NCBI RefSeq assembly: GCF_009914755.1
Contig: NC_060937.1
Origin: the human T2T-CHM13v2.0 reference genome, Homo sapiens
Length of the DNA: 64,000 nucleotides
Strand: one strand, 5' to 3'
Shown here: piece by piece, positions 14,311 to 29,461 of the stretch
Layout: the number at the start of each line of letters is the position of its first letter
Position numbering within the stretch: the stretch's first letter is position 1
The notes under the pieces: generated by a model
Seen by the model: the letters and a program-made list of their open reading frames with translations, nothing else
Databases searched by the model: none
Told to the model about the DNA's origin: nothing
Position numbers and translations under genes: made by a program

Positions 14311-14908
14311 TTTAAAAGTCACCTCGATTTTTTAGAAGTGTTTTTATAGTCTTATCCAAAACAAGAGTCCTCAATCCAATAAATCTTCAAGTCAGCATAT
14401 TATCTTTCAAGATATTTTGTGAAATATTTTCATTAATCAGTTTAAAGATTTATTAAAGTATCTCAAATCACTAATTGCTACCTATGTAGCAATTTTTCTT
14501 ATTAAACGCCTCTAATTGTAATAATGGCCAAGATTACTGATTTATATAAAATTACATCCATGTCATTACTTTTTGTTCTTTGTTTAAAGGATTCTATGGA
14601 GTCTCATCTAGAAAATTTGAAAGTAATATGTGGTTGAAAGCAAATATATTAAATTCAATTTGAGTAGAGTGACTACCAAACCAGTAAAACTTGACTATAA
14701 ATGATGAAATCTGTTAACTTCTTCAGGAAAAAACTTTTTTTTCTCTGTAAATAGCAGTGATTAGGTCACCTTTAAAGCATAGGACAATGGAGAAGCAAAA
14801 AGAAAAATGTTAACATTGTCTTAGGCACTGCCCAGGGGAGAATATGCCCCGGCTTAGGAACAACTCCTTAGGTCTACACCAATAACGATGTGGTTAGAAT
14901 TTTTTACT

Positions 14909-15633
<725 letters not shown>

Positions 15634-16017
15634 CTCTCTTTTTAACTTCTATAGAAAAGTCTGGCTGTCTGAGTTTTGCAGCAGTTTCAGATCCATTAAA
15701 ATTTATAAGCCCATTTCTGTGGCACTGATTGACTACAGAATACTTAGTTACATCATACAACCAAAAAGAGAGAATACACTACATTTTATTTATAGGCTGT
15801 TCAACAGTCAAGTTACTTTTTAAAATAAAAATGAAAAGGGGACTATAATTCTATCTCAAATTTTTTGACTGAGTAATCATTAAGGAGTGTAAAAAAGCAT
15901 GAGTTTAGGATCCTAAACCACCACTTTAATAAAAATATTTTTCTCCTTACAGGAAAGCACACTATTCTAGTTAGATATTATCAAATGGAAGTGTAATACA
16001 ATGCAAAGATTGTTAGT

Positions 16018-16325
16018 CTTTTTTAATGTTTATTAATTTATTTTTTAGAGGAGATAGGTTCTCATTGTGTTGCCCAGGCTGAAATGAAGTGGAAGGATCA
16101 AAGCTCATTGCTGCCTCCAACTCCTAGGGTCAAGCTATCCTTGCCTCAGACTCCTAAGTAGCTGGTACTACAAGCACATACCACCATACCCAGCTAGATT
16201 TTTAAGTTTGTTGTAGAGATAGTGTCTTGCCATTTTGCTCATGCTGGTCTTGAACTCCTGGCCTCAAGAAACACTCCCTCCTAGGCCTCCCAAAGTGTTG
16301 GGATTACAGGTGTGAGCCAGTGCAC
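16018..16325 (-). mobile_element. AluJ SINE
   Basis: Diverged antisense Alu dimer. Confidence 0.9.
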
Positions 16326-18318
16326 ATGATCAATGATCAGTTTTCATTGTATCATTGAGTAATTCTAGGAACCTAGGAATATTTCAATTACCTCTTCCTG
16401 TCCTTTGTATTTTTATCTCTAAAATAGGGATGATAAGTGCTGTCATATCTATTTTACATTGCTGTACTTAACACGTACATTTGTGTCAAAATAATACATT
16501 ATTTTAAAAAGTTAAAAAGAATTATACACCTCTATTGATGCATCATTATTATAAATAAGTTTGACAGAATCATGTCTACATTTGGATGATGGACTTATAT
16601 GCCAGACTAAAGTCAAATGACAGAAAAAGATATATTAATAAAGTAGTAAGAAATAATTTTAATTATATGCATGGATCGTATCTCTGATTTCATAGTTACC
16701 GTGTACCCCAAAGTGATTATGCATTTTCTTAAGGTTCAGTGAATTGAACAATTCACTTTTTGGTAATAATTATCTTGGCATTATTAAACTCTGGAGTTCC
16801 ACATGGAATGAATCTGAATATTGGCATCTATATTTACAACACATCTATACCTCAATAAGCCTAATTTTTGCCTTTACAATAGTTAATACTTTGATAGCTG
16901 GCAATCTTTCTAAATACTAAATAGGCAGTAAACAATGACTTTCTTTCAAGGTAGTTGGGAAGAATTGCAGTCATATCTCTAAAAGATTCATCATTTACTT
17001 TCTTTTTTTCTTGAGTCATGCAGGAGTAAGTTCACAGACAGCTACACCCATAACTGTAAGTTAAGCACTTCATCTTCTACCATATATTATATGAAGTAAT
17101 ACATTTTCCAATTTCTTTCAGTGTAAACTAATAAAATTTCTATACTGGCCTTAAATTCAGCAATTCCACTAAGTTGAATAATTTTATCTTCACTCTGCAG
17201 TTTCTTAGACACCTCAGTGTATTTCCTGGGTTTCTCTTTGTTGGCAGGAGTATTTATGCTTTAACCTAGGACCAGAGATACTTTTTAACCAACTTGATCT
17301 TTATTATATTGGTGTACAGGTTACTACTTAGGCAGAGATTAACAAGCCAGTGAAAGTGCTCTCTGGGGACAGTGAGTCTACTGTGTTGAGAGGGTCAAAT
17401 GCATTATCCATTTCAAATTCTAGAGGCCAGAAAACAACTTTAACATGTTCCACCTCCCTCTGCAACCACTGTTATATTGTATACCACTGGATATGCCATG
17501 CTTTCTGCCATTATTTTATTTTGTGAAATAATAAAAATTATAAAGCATTACACTTTCAGCAGAATTCAATAATATTAAGTTCTTATTGTCTTTCAAAAAG
17601 TCTTTGAGTTGTATAATAGTTTATTCTATTTTTTTATTTTGAGAGGAAAAAAGCATCAGTCATTTATTTTAATGTGTTTAATGTAAAATGTTTTGCAGAA
17701 AAAAATCAAGGTTTTTAAGGTATTAAAAGTGAGTAATTAGACAATAAATGTGTTTCAAGATAATATATTAGCACAGTTTTATTAGAAGAACTGCAGTTTT
17801 ATTTGTCCAAATGTCAATATTTATAGATCTGAAAAATAATTTTTGCTACTTAGAAGTGTAATGGATAATGAAAAAATATTATTAAGATTTGGCAGGCTGT
17901 TTCTTATAGAAAAAAGGGTTATAGTATTTATTTATTATATTATTTGGTCCAGCTGTAGGTGGAGTCTAATATTTTCTTAATCCAAGTGTATATTCTATCT
18001 TTACCATGACTAAAAGTGGAAATACCGGCTTAAGGGATAATTTACACAATTTTAAAGTAATGCTATCACATAGCAATATTAAAAATATTAAAGTTTTTCC
18101 TAATCAAACTGCATCTCTCAAAGTAAAATATTTGGTTATATTCTCAAGTATTTATATGTAATTTTTCTTCTAAAATACATTTATCACTGGCAGTAATTTT
18201 CCTTCACCATATCTGATCTATCAAATATAAAATGCAGTAAAACTTGAAATTGTTTCTTGTCAAACCATGGAATACACAACATTTCAGTGCATATTGTTTA
18301 TTTTTAAAAGTATTCTTT

Positions 18319-18592
<274 letters not shown>

Positions 18593-18611
18593 TTATTCTT
18601 ACATCATAAAG

Positions 18612-18810
18612 TCTATAGTTTATAACATTGTATTATGCACTTGGAATTTGTTAAGAGAGTAGATTTTAGGTGCTCCCATCACACATACACAAAAAAGATA
18701 ACTATGTGAGATGATGGATATGTTAATTGGCTTCACTGTAGTAATCATTTCACTGTGTGCACATATATTAAAACATCATCTTGTATTCCTTAAATACAAG
18801 TTTAAGAAAG
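18612..18810 (+). mobile_element. L1MA/L1MB 3' end fragment
   Basis: aagagagtagatttta...ataactatgtgagatgatggatatgttaatt motif. Confidence 0.8.
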
Positions 18811-20812
18811 AATATGGCTACAGGTGAAAGATGATTTAGGATTATCCAGGCTTCCCTAAGATAAGCCTGCACAAGGCCTTAAAATAGGGAACTAGAAGAA
18901 AAAGTTGCAGTCTTACTGGCAATGTGAGAATCACCCAAACTAAGCCCATTCACCAAGTGTGGCCTGAGAGCTGGGAGGGATTTGACTGGACTCCCTGCTG
19001 CCTAAGAGTTCCCAGAGCTCCCTCCTGATTGATCTGGATGTTTTAATCGTTCCCTGTATATCCCCAGGACTCAGGATGATTCATAGCATATAGTAGGATA
19101 TTAATAAAAATGTGTTGATTAAATACAAAAAAAGAATAAAAATAAAACTATTTCAAAATTATTTAAATATTAAAATATACTTTGCTGTTTTGCTAAGAGT
19201 TGTACTCTTAATAGTTATAAGAAAACAAAAGCCTATATATTTTCTGTGCCCATAAACTTTCCTTTCCTCTCTCATTCAAGACATTCACTTTCCTTTGAAA
19301 TCTGACTTCTATAGCCCTAATTACTGAAAATGTTAGAGCATTTTAACCTAATTTTGCTTTCTTATTAAAATATACCACACTGGTTCATATCCAACTTTTA
19401 TTTTCCTATCATTTTCAGGATAACTTCTAATTCTGCAATTTCACATCAGCAAAAGTAAATGGAATAAAACAAATTCATTGCATGTTTTATTCCTAATAAA
19501 TAATGACATATATTCAAACATATTCAGTTAAATGTAGTAACTAAAATTATGTGAAAAGATGTGAAATTTGCTGAATATTTTTATAGATGAAAAATTTTAG
19601 GTAACTAATTTTGCTTCCTAATAAATGGAAAATAAAAGTCAAGTGTTTTTTTTTAGTTACTTTCCACATATGTTATTTATTTTTGCATCATTATTTTTTA
19701 AAATGATCTAAACATGACAAAACCAAAAACTGAATATGAACATTAAAATTAACCAAACCAATTTCCTAATAAGTCAGGTGCTACTTTTCAGTTGCAGATT
19801 TTTGACACTGTTCACCTAGTCTCACCTCAACCAGATGTTCATAAAATCTACATTGTCACAACTTGTCACTCTGGAATTATTCTTGCTTCCACAGGTGTCA
19901 TATAAAAGTCTTGACTCTCTGAATTTTGTGCTATTGCTTCACATGAACTTGCCTGGTTATTTTGCTTTAATACTTGACCTTGTATTATATATCTTTCTCT
20001 TTATATATCTTTGACATTTCAGCTGGACTTTGGAAAGAAGTGAGTCTGGCAATGCTTTTTTTTGTAAGTCATGTCTTTGACATTGTTCTGTCTACTGACC
20101 TACTGCTTATGTAGACTTTTCTCTGGTTCTACTCTGTTATTTTCTTACTGTGTTAGAACTAACAGCCTTATTATGGCTTTTAACTTTTTACCCTGTAGTT
20201 GGTTTTATCCTTGATTGTCACTTTCCAGTAATTTTTTGTACTTACACTGATATGTTTAATTTTACTGAATCATCAGGTTTATATGAACTCTCTTAATTCC
20301 AGGTCTTTATTTTACATTTGCAATATGGAATGATTCAAAACATCAACAATTATTAATTATCTGTTGAATTTACTGCTGATCATGATGGAATGACATGAAC
20401 TACTAGGTGTACCTTCCCATTTTAAGCATGAGAAAACATAAGAAAACAAAATATGTCATGTTCTTTTATTAAAAATCATTAGCATTGATCCTTAACAAGA
20501 GAAAATCCTAGTGTTATTCCATGTTACCTCTTAGAGGGTATCCAACAGAGTCCAGAAGGCTCCCTGAGTTGAGGACAGAGTTCAGAATTCAGGGAGGCTA
20601 AGTCAGTTAGAATTTACAGAACAGACTAGAGAAGAAAATAAAGCATCACTCTGAGGCAAGAATTGCAAAGACAGAGGTCCAGAGATCTGCACACGACTCA
20701 TTTGATATTTAAATTGAGTCCTGATTAGTACCTGTAAGAGGAAATCACTTGAAGCCAAGGAAACAACCACTGGTAATGAAACATCAGAATAATTATTAGA
20801 GAACAAAGAAGA

Positions 20813-21163
20813 TGTCTTAGAGTGTTTTCTGCTGCTATGACAACATACCACAAACTGGGTTGTTTATAGACAAAAGATTCATTTAGCTCATCGTTCTACA
20901 GGCTGGAAAATCTAAGATCAAAGGGCCTTCTCGTTGCATCATAACATGACAGAAGCGCAAGTGAGCATTGGAAACAGAGAGAGAAATGAGGCCAAAAGTA
21001 TTGTTTTATCAGGGGCCCTCTTTCCCTGTGAGGGAATTAATACATTCATTAGGACAGACTTCTCATGACTTAATCACCTCTTAAAGATCCCACCTCCCAA
21101 GCATTGTTACAATGGCAATTAAATTTGAACATGAGTTTTGAAGGGGACATTCAAATCATAGCA
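20813..21163 (-). mobile_element. MST (B/C-like) MaLR solo LTR
   Basis: tgtcttag...tgctgctat...ggggacattcaaatcatagca; TSD GAAGA/GAAGG. Confidence 0.85.
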
Positions 21164-22098
21164 GAAGGTGAACAATATTTCATGTTCCCACCAGCCAGAG
21201 TGAAAAAAATCTCATAATACATCAGGCATCAGGTAGAATATTCAGAAGGACTTTTCCTCTGTATAAAGTAAAATTTAACAGTAAAGACTGCTCTGGTCTT
21301 GCCTAGCAATAACTAGATGCAAGCTTAAAAAGGATAAAATTGATTCCGTGTAACTTAACTGCTTCCTGAAATAAAGCTCAAGTATATTTGAGAGAACACA
21401 AAAAGATCCAGCTACAAACAAGGTAAAATTCACCTATCTAGCATCCCCCCCAAGTTTATCATGAATACAAAGAAGAAGAAAATACAATCTGTAATGATAA
21501 TACAAATATGTCAATAGAAACAAACACAGAAATGACAAAAACAATAGATTTAGTGAACAAGGACAATAAAAGAGTTAATATGACTATATTCTATGTGTTC
21601 AAAAAAGATATAATCATTTATACATTAAGAAGAAAAAATCAAACTTAAGTTTGATTATGTTTTTAAGTAGATAAAATACATCAAACTTGTTAAGATGAAA
21701 AAAACAATTTCTGGCAGGAAATATACATTTAATAGGATTATTATACATCAGAGGAGATTACTACAAAAATGAAGATTAATGAACTTGAAGACACAGTAAA
21801 AACTGCCCAGGAAAGGAGAGAAAAGACTGAAAATAAGAGCAAATCATCAGTGAACTGTGGTCCAATTTCAAGTGCACTATTTTATGTAAAATTATCATCA
21901 CTGAAATAGGAAAGGGGACAAAATATTGGAATAATAAATGTTTTCAAATGTGGTAAAAATAAAAATCTTTGTATCTAAGAAACATAACAATTACAAATGA
22001 AAATAAATAGAGAAAGCTATACCAAGGTCCATTACAATTCAATTAAAAAAAAAAAGAAAAGTAAAGTAAAAAAGAGAAAGCTTTAAAAGCAGCCATAG

Positions 22099-22296
<198 letters not shown>

Positions 22297-23341
22297 GCAG
22301 CCAGATAAATTAAGTTATATTACCTATAATGGAAAAAGATTATCAACTACAGCAGACTTGTAATGAAAATACTGTGAGCAAGAAACTGAAACAACACAAT
22401 TAAAGTCCTGAAATGGGGGTGGAGTGTGAAGTTAATATAAAATTCCATTTCTAGCAAAAATATATTTCCAATATAAGGATTCAAAAAAAGGTAAAAATGT
22501 GGGTAAATCAAGATACTTTTGCTATTATTTTTTACATCACTTTCAATGATAATTAACTAAAGTAAACGTAATGACAATGTACTGTAAGATTTATTACATA
22601 GGTATAAATAAAACAGCAGTGCATAAGATAGGCAAGAGAAAATGGACATGTTTGGTTGTAGGGTAAAGTTGTACACTATTCCAAAATGGACTATATGTTA
22701 AGTGGTAGAAGATTGCTTGTGTAAGTGAAAAATATATTTTATATACTTAACATAATTAATAAAAATAGGACAGAATTGAATCATATATAAATAATGCACT
22801 AAGATAAGGAGAAAAAAGTGGTTAAAAATGGATGGAATAAATATAAAACGAATACTTACCAACGATAAATTGACCACAGACTTATCAATAATAAAATTAA
22901 ATTTAAAATGTCTAATCTTCTCAATAAGAGTCAGAGATTGTTACACTGGATTAAAACATAAGTATCCAATTACATGGTGGCCACAAAAAACACTTTGAAT
23001 ATAAAACCACAAATAGTTTAAAAGTGATAGAATGGCAAAAGATATAAAGTGTTAATTCTAAACCAATAACAGCTGAGTGGCCAATGAATATCTGATTTTA
23101 AACAGTTTCAGAAAGAATATTTTCAGGGATAAAGTCATTTTATTGTAATAAAGGGTTAATTAAACTCGAAGCAGAAGACAGGAAATGATAAAAAGATGAA
23201 CAAAGGAAACAATGGACTTGAAAACAAATTTTATAATAAAACAATGAAATAAAAAAATTGGACTTTTGACAAGATTAGTAAAATCTTTACACTTCTAGTC
23301 AGACTACTAAAAAAATAAAAAATAAAAAAGACATATGATAT

Positions 23342-26300
23342 TGAGACAGGTAGGAGGGAGAGGGTCCTCAGAGAATCTCCAAGGAGCCTGCGCAATGGGA
23401 ATGAGCACTGGGGTGGAAACACAAGTTCGTGCCCTTTGCAGTAGAGAGGAGCCGGCCCTTCCTTCACCTGTGCGGAACCTGGGATTCACAGGCCTAGGCA
23501 GGAAGCACTCTAGCAGGAACTCTGGCCTAGTGGAGTCTCAGTCACCATTAAAATTGTCTGCAAGCCTGAATTTCTGGGGCCATGGGATGGACAAGGACCC
23601 CATCCTTAGCCGAACTAAGTAAAGTCCTACAACATTTTTGGCGTGCAACGTCGGGGCTTGAGAAGCAGTGAGTGAAATGGGGACTCAAAACCTCTCACTG
23701 TGGGTTCTAAGCCTTTCCATCCTCGGACTTCCGAGGTTAGAGGAACCAGGCCCCCAACTCCCGTTGCGGCTGGGAGTTGGGAGAAAGGCCCTTACTGGGG
23801 ACCGACCAACCAGCAGCAGCTCCCTGTCCTTACCTGCTTCATGCTGGGGCTGGGACGCGTGGCTCAAGGGTCTTCGCAGAGCCAGCTTGCGGTCTTCTCC
23901 TTCCCCTACCCCAGCCAAGGGGTTCTACTCCATTGGACAATAATTGAACTAATCTCCATGGTGGACGAATCAGTTGCATAGGAATGAGAGGCTCTTCCTC
24001 AGGTATTTTTAAACTGTTTCTTTTCTTTTCTCTCTACCCTGTCGGTAGTTAACTTTTAAAAGTTTCATTTTCTTTTAGAAGATGTTGTGCTAGACTAGGG
24101 ACCTCCAACATCTATCACTATATTCTCTGGAAAGTTTTGGTTGTGAAATCAAGCCTCCATCTTGTATTACATCCTGAGGGCATGGCTTGTAACTCCCCCC
24201 GCAGGGCTTTGTTTAGCAATCCTGCCCTAGGGAATAAGATTCTTTCTGGTTTGATATATGCCTGCTGTCTTAGCCCTGCCTCTTAAAGGGCCCCACACAG
24301 TGACTGAGTTTTCTTCTGTCTGTCTGTGTGTGTACTGTGCGTGATGTCAGTCAAAAGAGCTCTGATTAATTTGGTCTGAAGAAAGGCAAGCGCTTGGATC
24401 TAATATTTTTAAAAGGAAAGTTAAAAGTTGTGGTACCTTCCGCTTCACGTGTTTGTAATGTTTGAGAAATAAAAACAGCCTTAAAGATTATTGGTAAAAT
24501 GCAGGTGTCATTAAAATGTAAATGGGTGAACTAAACTATGCAGGTCAGATGTAAGGTTTGCTAAGTGTTTTGAGGTTGCAAACTGGTTTTTGGGTTTTGA
24601 AAAGTATTTGATTTGCCGGCTTCACAACTGATAAGGCCCAGGGAATTTTGGAACTAACCATGCCCTTAACTAAGAAGGTAAACCTTGGCTGCAGCTAGCA
24701 CAGCATTAAATAGATTTACATACTTACATGCAAGGTACGTGAGAACAGTAAAATGTGTTTTTGTTTGTTTTTGTTTTTTTGTAAAAGGTTATAAGAAGGC
24801 ATGGAAATGTGAACTTTTGCCTAGGGTTAAAGGATTGTTTTAAATTAGGAAAATTCTGAAGGTTCAAAGAAGTGGTGGAAGAATTGTGGAAATTAATCTT
24901 GCAGAAGAGGGTCTCTATATGAACGTATTAGCTAAATTCAGAAGGGTATTATATGGTTTTTCTATCAATTGACAATTGAAGTAAACACACAAGGTATTCT
25001 TAAAACACTATTCTGCTCTTTGGCAAAATTTATAAAGGGTTATAAAAGGTTTTTGCTTCTTTAAAATTTCTGAGTCATCATTTTGGCAAAATAAATAATT
25101 TATGGTTACCTGGAATTCTGTTTCATAACATCAAATGCTTTAAACATATTTTAAAGGCTTCCCCAAATCAAACTTAAGTTACAAAATTGTCTTTCCTGAC
25201 ACCTGGCTTTTTGGATACTTCCAAGGGCCCCTGGAATGTCCAGAAAAGAAAGGTAAACAGGATTATCTGATATAATGCTAATATTTGTTCCAAAATTGTA
25301 TGGGATTTCTAAAATTCTAATTCCTGAGTACATGCTATCAATCACAATTAAGGTTGTTTTGTTAAGTAATTGTAAAACACAAAGATAACCAAACTTCTTT
25401 GTCAGTTGTGTTTCTCACTTTAACTACCCTGAACATTTTGCTATTCACAGACAATTGTCTTGATGTATGCTTTTCAAAAGATGGCTTATAATAAGCTGTA
25501 GAACTCTGATAGGTGTTCTCAAATACAATTTCTAAGGTATTTGAGACAATCAGGTTCCTGATAACTTTGGAGAATGTAACATTGGAATAAAGGAAAATAT
25601 ACAGGACTCGTGAAGAGATGAAATGTTCACAAATATCAAGCGAAACAAGAATTAACTAAGTGGACTGAACTCAAGAAGCTGAAGCAGCCTTTTGGACTTT
25701 TGCTTGGAATATTGCTTATCCTTGTTTTGTTTTTCAGAGTCAAGGAAACTTATTTTAAACTATTTATGGACTTTAATAATTAAGGTATACTCCTATGAAC
25801 CAAATTTGGAGCAAGATTATTTCTCTCTGCTTGGTTCCTCTAGAGTTTGGAAACTATCTGTGGGTATTCTTAACTTATGGCAATACAGTTGTTTGCATCA
25901 GTGCAATAAGAATTCATTTTTTTCTTTTGCAACAGGACACAATTGGAAAAACTAGGTATTTTACCAAGGCTTTGACTGCAAGCGTATGCTTCCCTTTAAG
26001 GAGTCGATCTTGACTTGCAGAGCTGATAAAAGCCCTGTGGGGAGGTTGGCGTCATACCCTTGTCTATGCAGTCCCTGTACAGGGTTCCTAACCTGTGTTC
26101 AGTAAAGAATGTCACTTTCTAACAGGTCCAGGAGCTCCAAGTTTATCTTGGGACCTTAAGAGGAAAGGATCACCCAACTCATAGGTGTTTGAGGATAAAA
26201 CCATGGGTGGGCTTGGATTTAAAAGGTTTTATCTGAGATTCCTTGGGGAACAGAGTTCCATCAAAGCCAATCCAAAAGGCCTATGTAAAAATAAGTATTC

Positions 26301-28276
26301 TTGCTGCACTTTATGCACATAATCAGGTCAATTATAAGACTAAAGTCTATTTAGCAAACCAGTCTGTCCTATGATTATTTGTTTCTTAACAAAAATGAGG
26401 ACTGGAGAGAGAGAAATCCTGTTTCAAAATTTATCATATATTTGTTATTAAATTCTAAACTTACTAGATGTTTTAAGTTTTCACCTACATTTAGATTAAC
26501 CCTGCTTGTTCCTGTAAACCAACCAGCAATCTCTGATTGCAGCTGAGAAAGAACAAAAGGGATGGGTAATGCGGAAACCTGGATTGATATTCTAGTTCTG
26601 AGCAATTATCCTGCAAATCCTGTCAGGCAATTGGAATAAATAGGATGTCCATCACTCAGAAGTTTCCTTTCCATAAAGTAAGACCAAGGGAGCTAACCAA
26701 AGTCAAGCACCATGCACCCAAATCTTAGCAAGCATAACTATAGCTACCAGTTATCTGGGTGTGTCACAAGACATCCTTTTATCTCCCTTGTTGGAGGAGG
26801 ACTCAGTTCCACAGTTTTACCTTAGCATTTGGCTTACAATAGGGAGTCCGTGCAACCCCCTGAGACACATTTTTGTTCCAAACTCACTTCCAAGCTTTGA
26901 GTCACAGCCCTAGGAAAGAAAACTGGATCTAAAAGATCCAGAGGCAGATGGCAACAGAAGTTAAAAGGCACAGTGCAGGTGAGCATAGCTGATTCCTGCT
27001 GGTTAAGCCAAGGCCAAGCTTCCCCTTTAATGGATAAAGGCCGTATTAGTATCCATGGCATAAATGAGGTCTAGGAATCTCCAAGGCTACTCTGATGGTA
27101 GCGGGGATAGAAGCATAGGTGAGAGGGGATAATTCCTATTCTCTAGGCCTTCCGTGCTTCATGGGTGCAAGCCGCTTTGGCACTCATGGTGGGACCTGCC
27201 AAGGTCGCTGGAACTCAGGGATGCAAGGATGGAAAAGGGAAAGTGGATGCTCTTTCCTCTCTCCCTCATGTAGCCCGGTATCTGCTGGGAAGAGAAGGAA
27301 CCCAGGGATGCCTGCCCCCCTCTTTCTAGATGGGTAGCCATTCATCTTCAGCCTGTACCCCTTTCAAATGCATCCTGAACCCCTGGAACTCCTTTAAAAA
27401 ATGCTTTCTTTTTTCTTCTCTCTTCTTCGGTTCTCTCTTCCCTAATAGGTAATTGTGTCTCTGTACTACAGGACACTCCTCTCAGATGCATCCTCCAAAT
27501 TGGAAAGAGTTAATTATTCAAACCTTAAAATGGTTGACTTAGGATTGGGCTCAGGGGAAGGGAACCCAGAAGCCCAACATGCCGGCAAAAGGGTAGAGTT
27601 TCTTACCAATCAGGCTTTTGGCCTTCCTGTGCAAACTGGTGAAAGGCCTTGGAATTTTTGAGATTTCCTTACCCTTCCCCTTGTTTTATTTTGATACGTG
27701 TTTTCTAATAGCCCATTTTGTCTGTTCTTGCCTTCAACCCGTCAAACTCCAAACAATCATGCAACCAGAGCCTCTGATGATGGCCCCATCTGCTGGGAAC
27801 CCTTAAATAGGCCCAGGAGGGAGCTCTGACTGCTGTTTCCCTAAAACAGCGCCCCCTGTCAGAAGGAGCAGTTAAGATGGATCTTCAACCTTATCCTTAT
27901 TCTAGTGGCAGTTAGATGTACTTCTTTAGAGTGGGAAGTAGACAGCCAGGTGAGAGGGGGTCCCCAGAGAATCTCCAACCAGCCTGCGCACTGGAATGTG
28001 CACTGGGGTGGAAACACAGAAGTTTGCGCCGTTTGCAGCAGGGAGGAGCCTGGCCCCTTTTCTTCCTGTGTGGAACCCAGGATTCAGACAGCGAGGCATG
28101 TAGTGCTCTAACAGGGACCTTGGCCTAGTGAGAGTGCCTGTTTCCCCCATTTTTCCTTTTCACCCAATAAAACCCTGTCTTACTCACCATTCAAATTGTC
28201 TGCGAGCCTGAATTTTCATGGCCGTAGGATGGACAAAAACCCCGTCTTTAGCTGGACTAAGGAAAGTCCTGCAACA
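23342..28276 (+). mobile_element. MER61-type ERV1 (MER4-group) non-autonomous provirus, LTR-internal-LTR
   Basis: LTRs 23342-23634 and about 27938-28276, 4-bp TSD ATAT, primer-binding site after the 5' LTR, purine tract before the 3' LTR, no intact ORFs. Confidence 0.88.
23639..23657 (+). promoter_or_regulatory. Primer-binding site resembling tRNA-Lys(CUU)
   Basis: TGGCGTGCAACGTCGGGGC versus Lys1,2 PBS TGGCGCCCAACGTGGGGC, immediately after the LTR end. Confidence 0.7.
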
Positions 28277-28667
28277 ATATGAATTATCAATATCAGAAAT
28301 GAGATAGAATACATTACTTCACATATGACAGATATTAAACTCATAATCGGAAAACACTATAACAATGAATTAAACAAATTTGTTAAAATGAATGTATTTT
28401 TAAAATGTGCAAACTGCTTATACTTACCATGAAATAGATAACCTAAATAAATCTAGATCCACTAAGGAAAATGAATTTTGTAACTACAAAAATTATAAAA
28501 CAAAACATCAGATCGAGATGCTATCAGTAGTGAAGTGTAGCAAACATTTAAGGAAGATTAACACTGGTTTCATACAAATGTTTGCAAAAAAATGTTTTAA
28601 AGGAGGAAGCAGTTTCTGTTTTATTCTGTAAGGCCAGGATTACTCTAATACCAAAATCCAAAAAATG

Positions 28668-29011
28668 TAGTGGTGAACAGACTTTAAGGTGGTTCTCATG
28701 CTTTTCATTTACTGCCTTTGTGTGTGGAAAGGACCAGTGACTTGCTTCTTATCAAAGAATAAGACAAAAGTAATGTGTCTAACAACTACAAGAAAATGAA
28801 TTTTACCAGCAGCCTGAATGACCTTAGAAGAGAACCCTTGTCCATTTAAGCCTTCAAATAAAAGACCAATAATGGTTGACAATTATAGATTGCAGAAGAT
28901 GCAGCTAAGCCATGCTCACTTCTGACTAATGGAAATTGTGAGGTAATAAATGCATGTTGTTTTAAGTTGCTCCATTCCTGGTAACTTTTTAGGCATATAA
29001 AAAGCTAGTAC
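28668..29011 (+). mobile_element. MLT1 (D/E-like) LTR, internally deleted
   Basis: ctacaagaaaatgaattttaccagcagcctgaatga, ggaaattgtgaggtaataaatgcatgttgttttaag. Confidence 0.7.
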
Positions 29012-29084
29012 AAAAACATTGTAAGAAAATAAAACTGTATACCAGTATCCTTCATCCTAACTCTAAAACAAACAATTTACTACA

Positions 29085-29461
29085 GCAATTTATTAGGGAA
29101 GCCTTACAAAACGATTGAGTGGCATATACAACAGGAATTTATTTTCTCACAGTTCTGAAAACTAGAAGTCTGAGATCAAGGTGTTGGCAGTGTCTTTGTC
29201 TCTTTGGAGACGTGTCTCCTTGGTTTGTAAAAGGCCATTTTCTCCCTAGGTCTTCACGTAGTCTTTCTTCTTTGCATATCAGTGTTCTAGTCTCTTCTTA
29301 TAAAAACACCGGTCATACTGGATTAACACCCACCCTCAATAATCTTACTTAACTTTATTTATCTGTTCTAAGACTTTATTTTCAAATGCAGTCACATTCT
29401 GGAGGTTAAGATGTCAATATATAAAATTTTGGGGTGGAAGGGCTCATTTCAGCCCATAACA
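29085..29461 (-). mobile_element. MLT1A/B LTR
   Basis: aacaacaggaatttattttctcacagttctg...ttcagcccataaca. Confidence 0.8.

Noticed and set aside
23342-23634. p53 response element known from some MER61 subfamilies
   Set aside because: No double RRRCWWGYYY site is visible in either LTR; only a weak half-site near 28094.
25100-26400. Direct similarity to 41.1-43.1 kb as a segmental duplication
   Set aside because: Explained by shared MER4-group internal ancestry of two independent ERV insertions with different LTRs.
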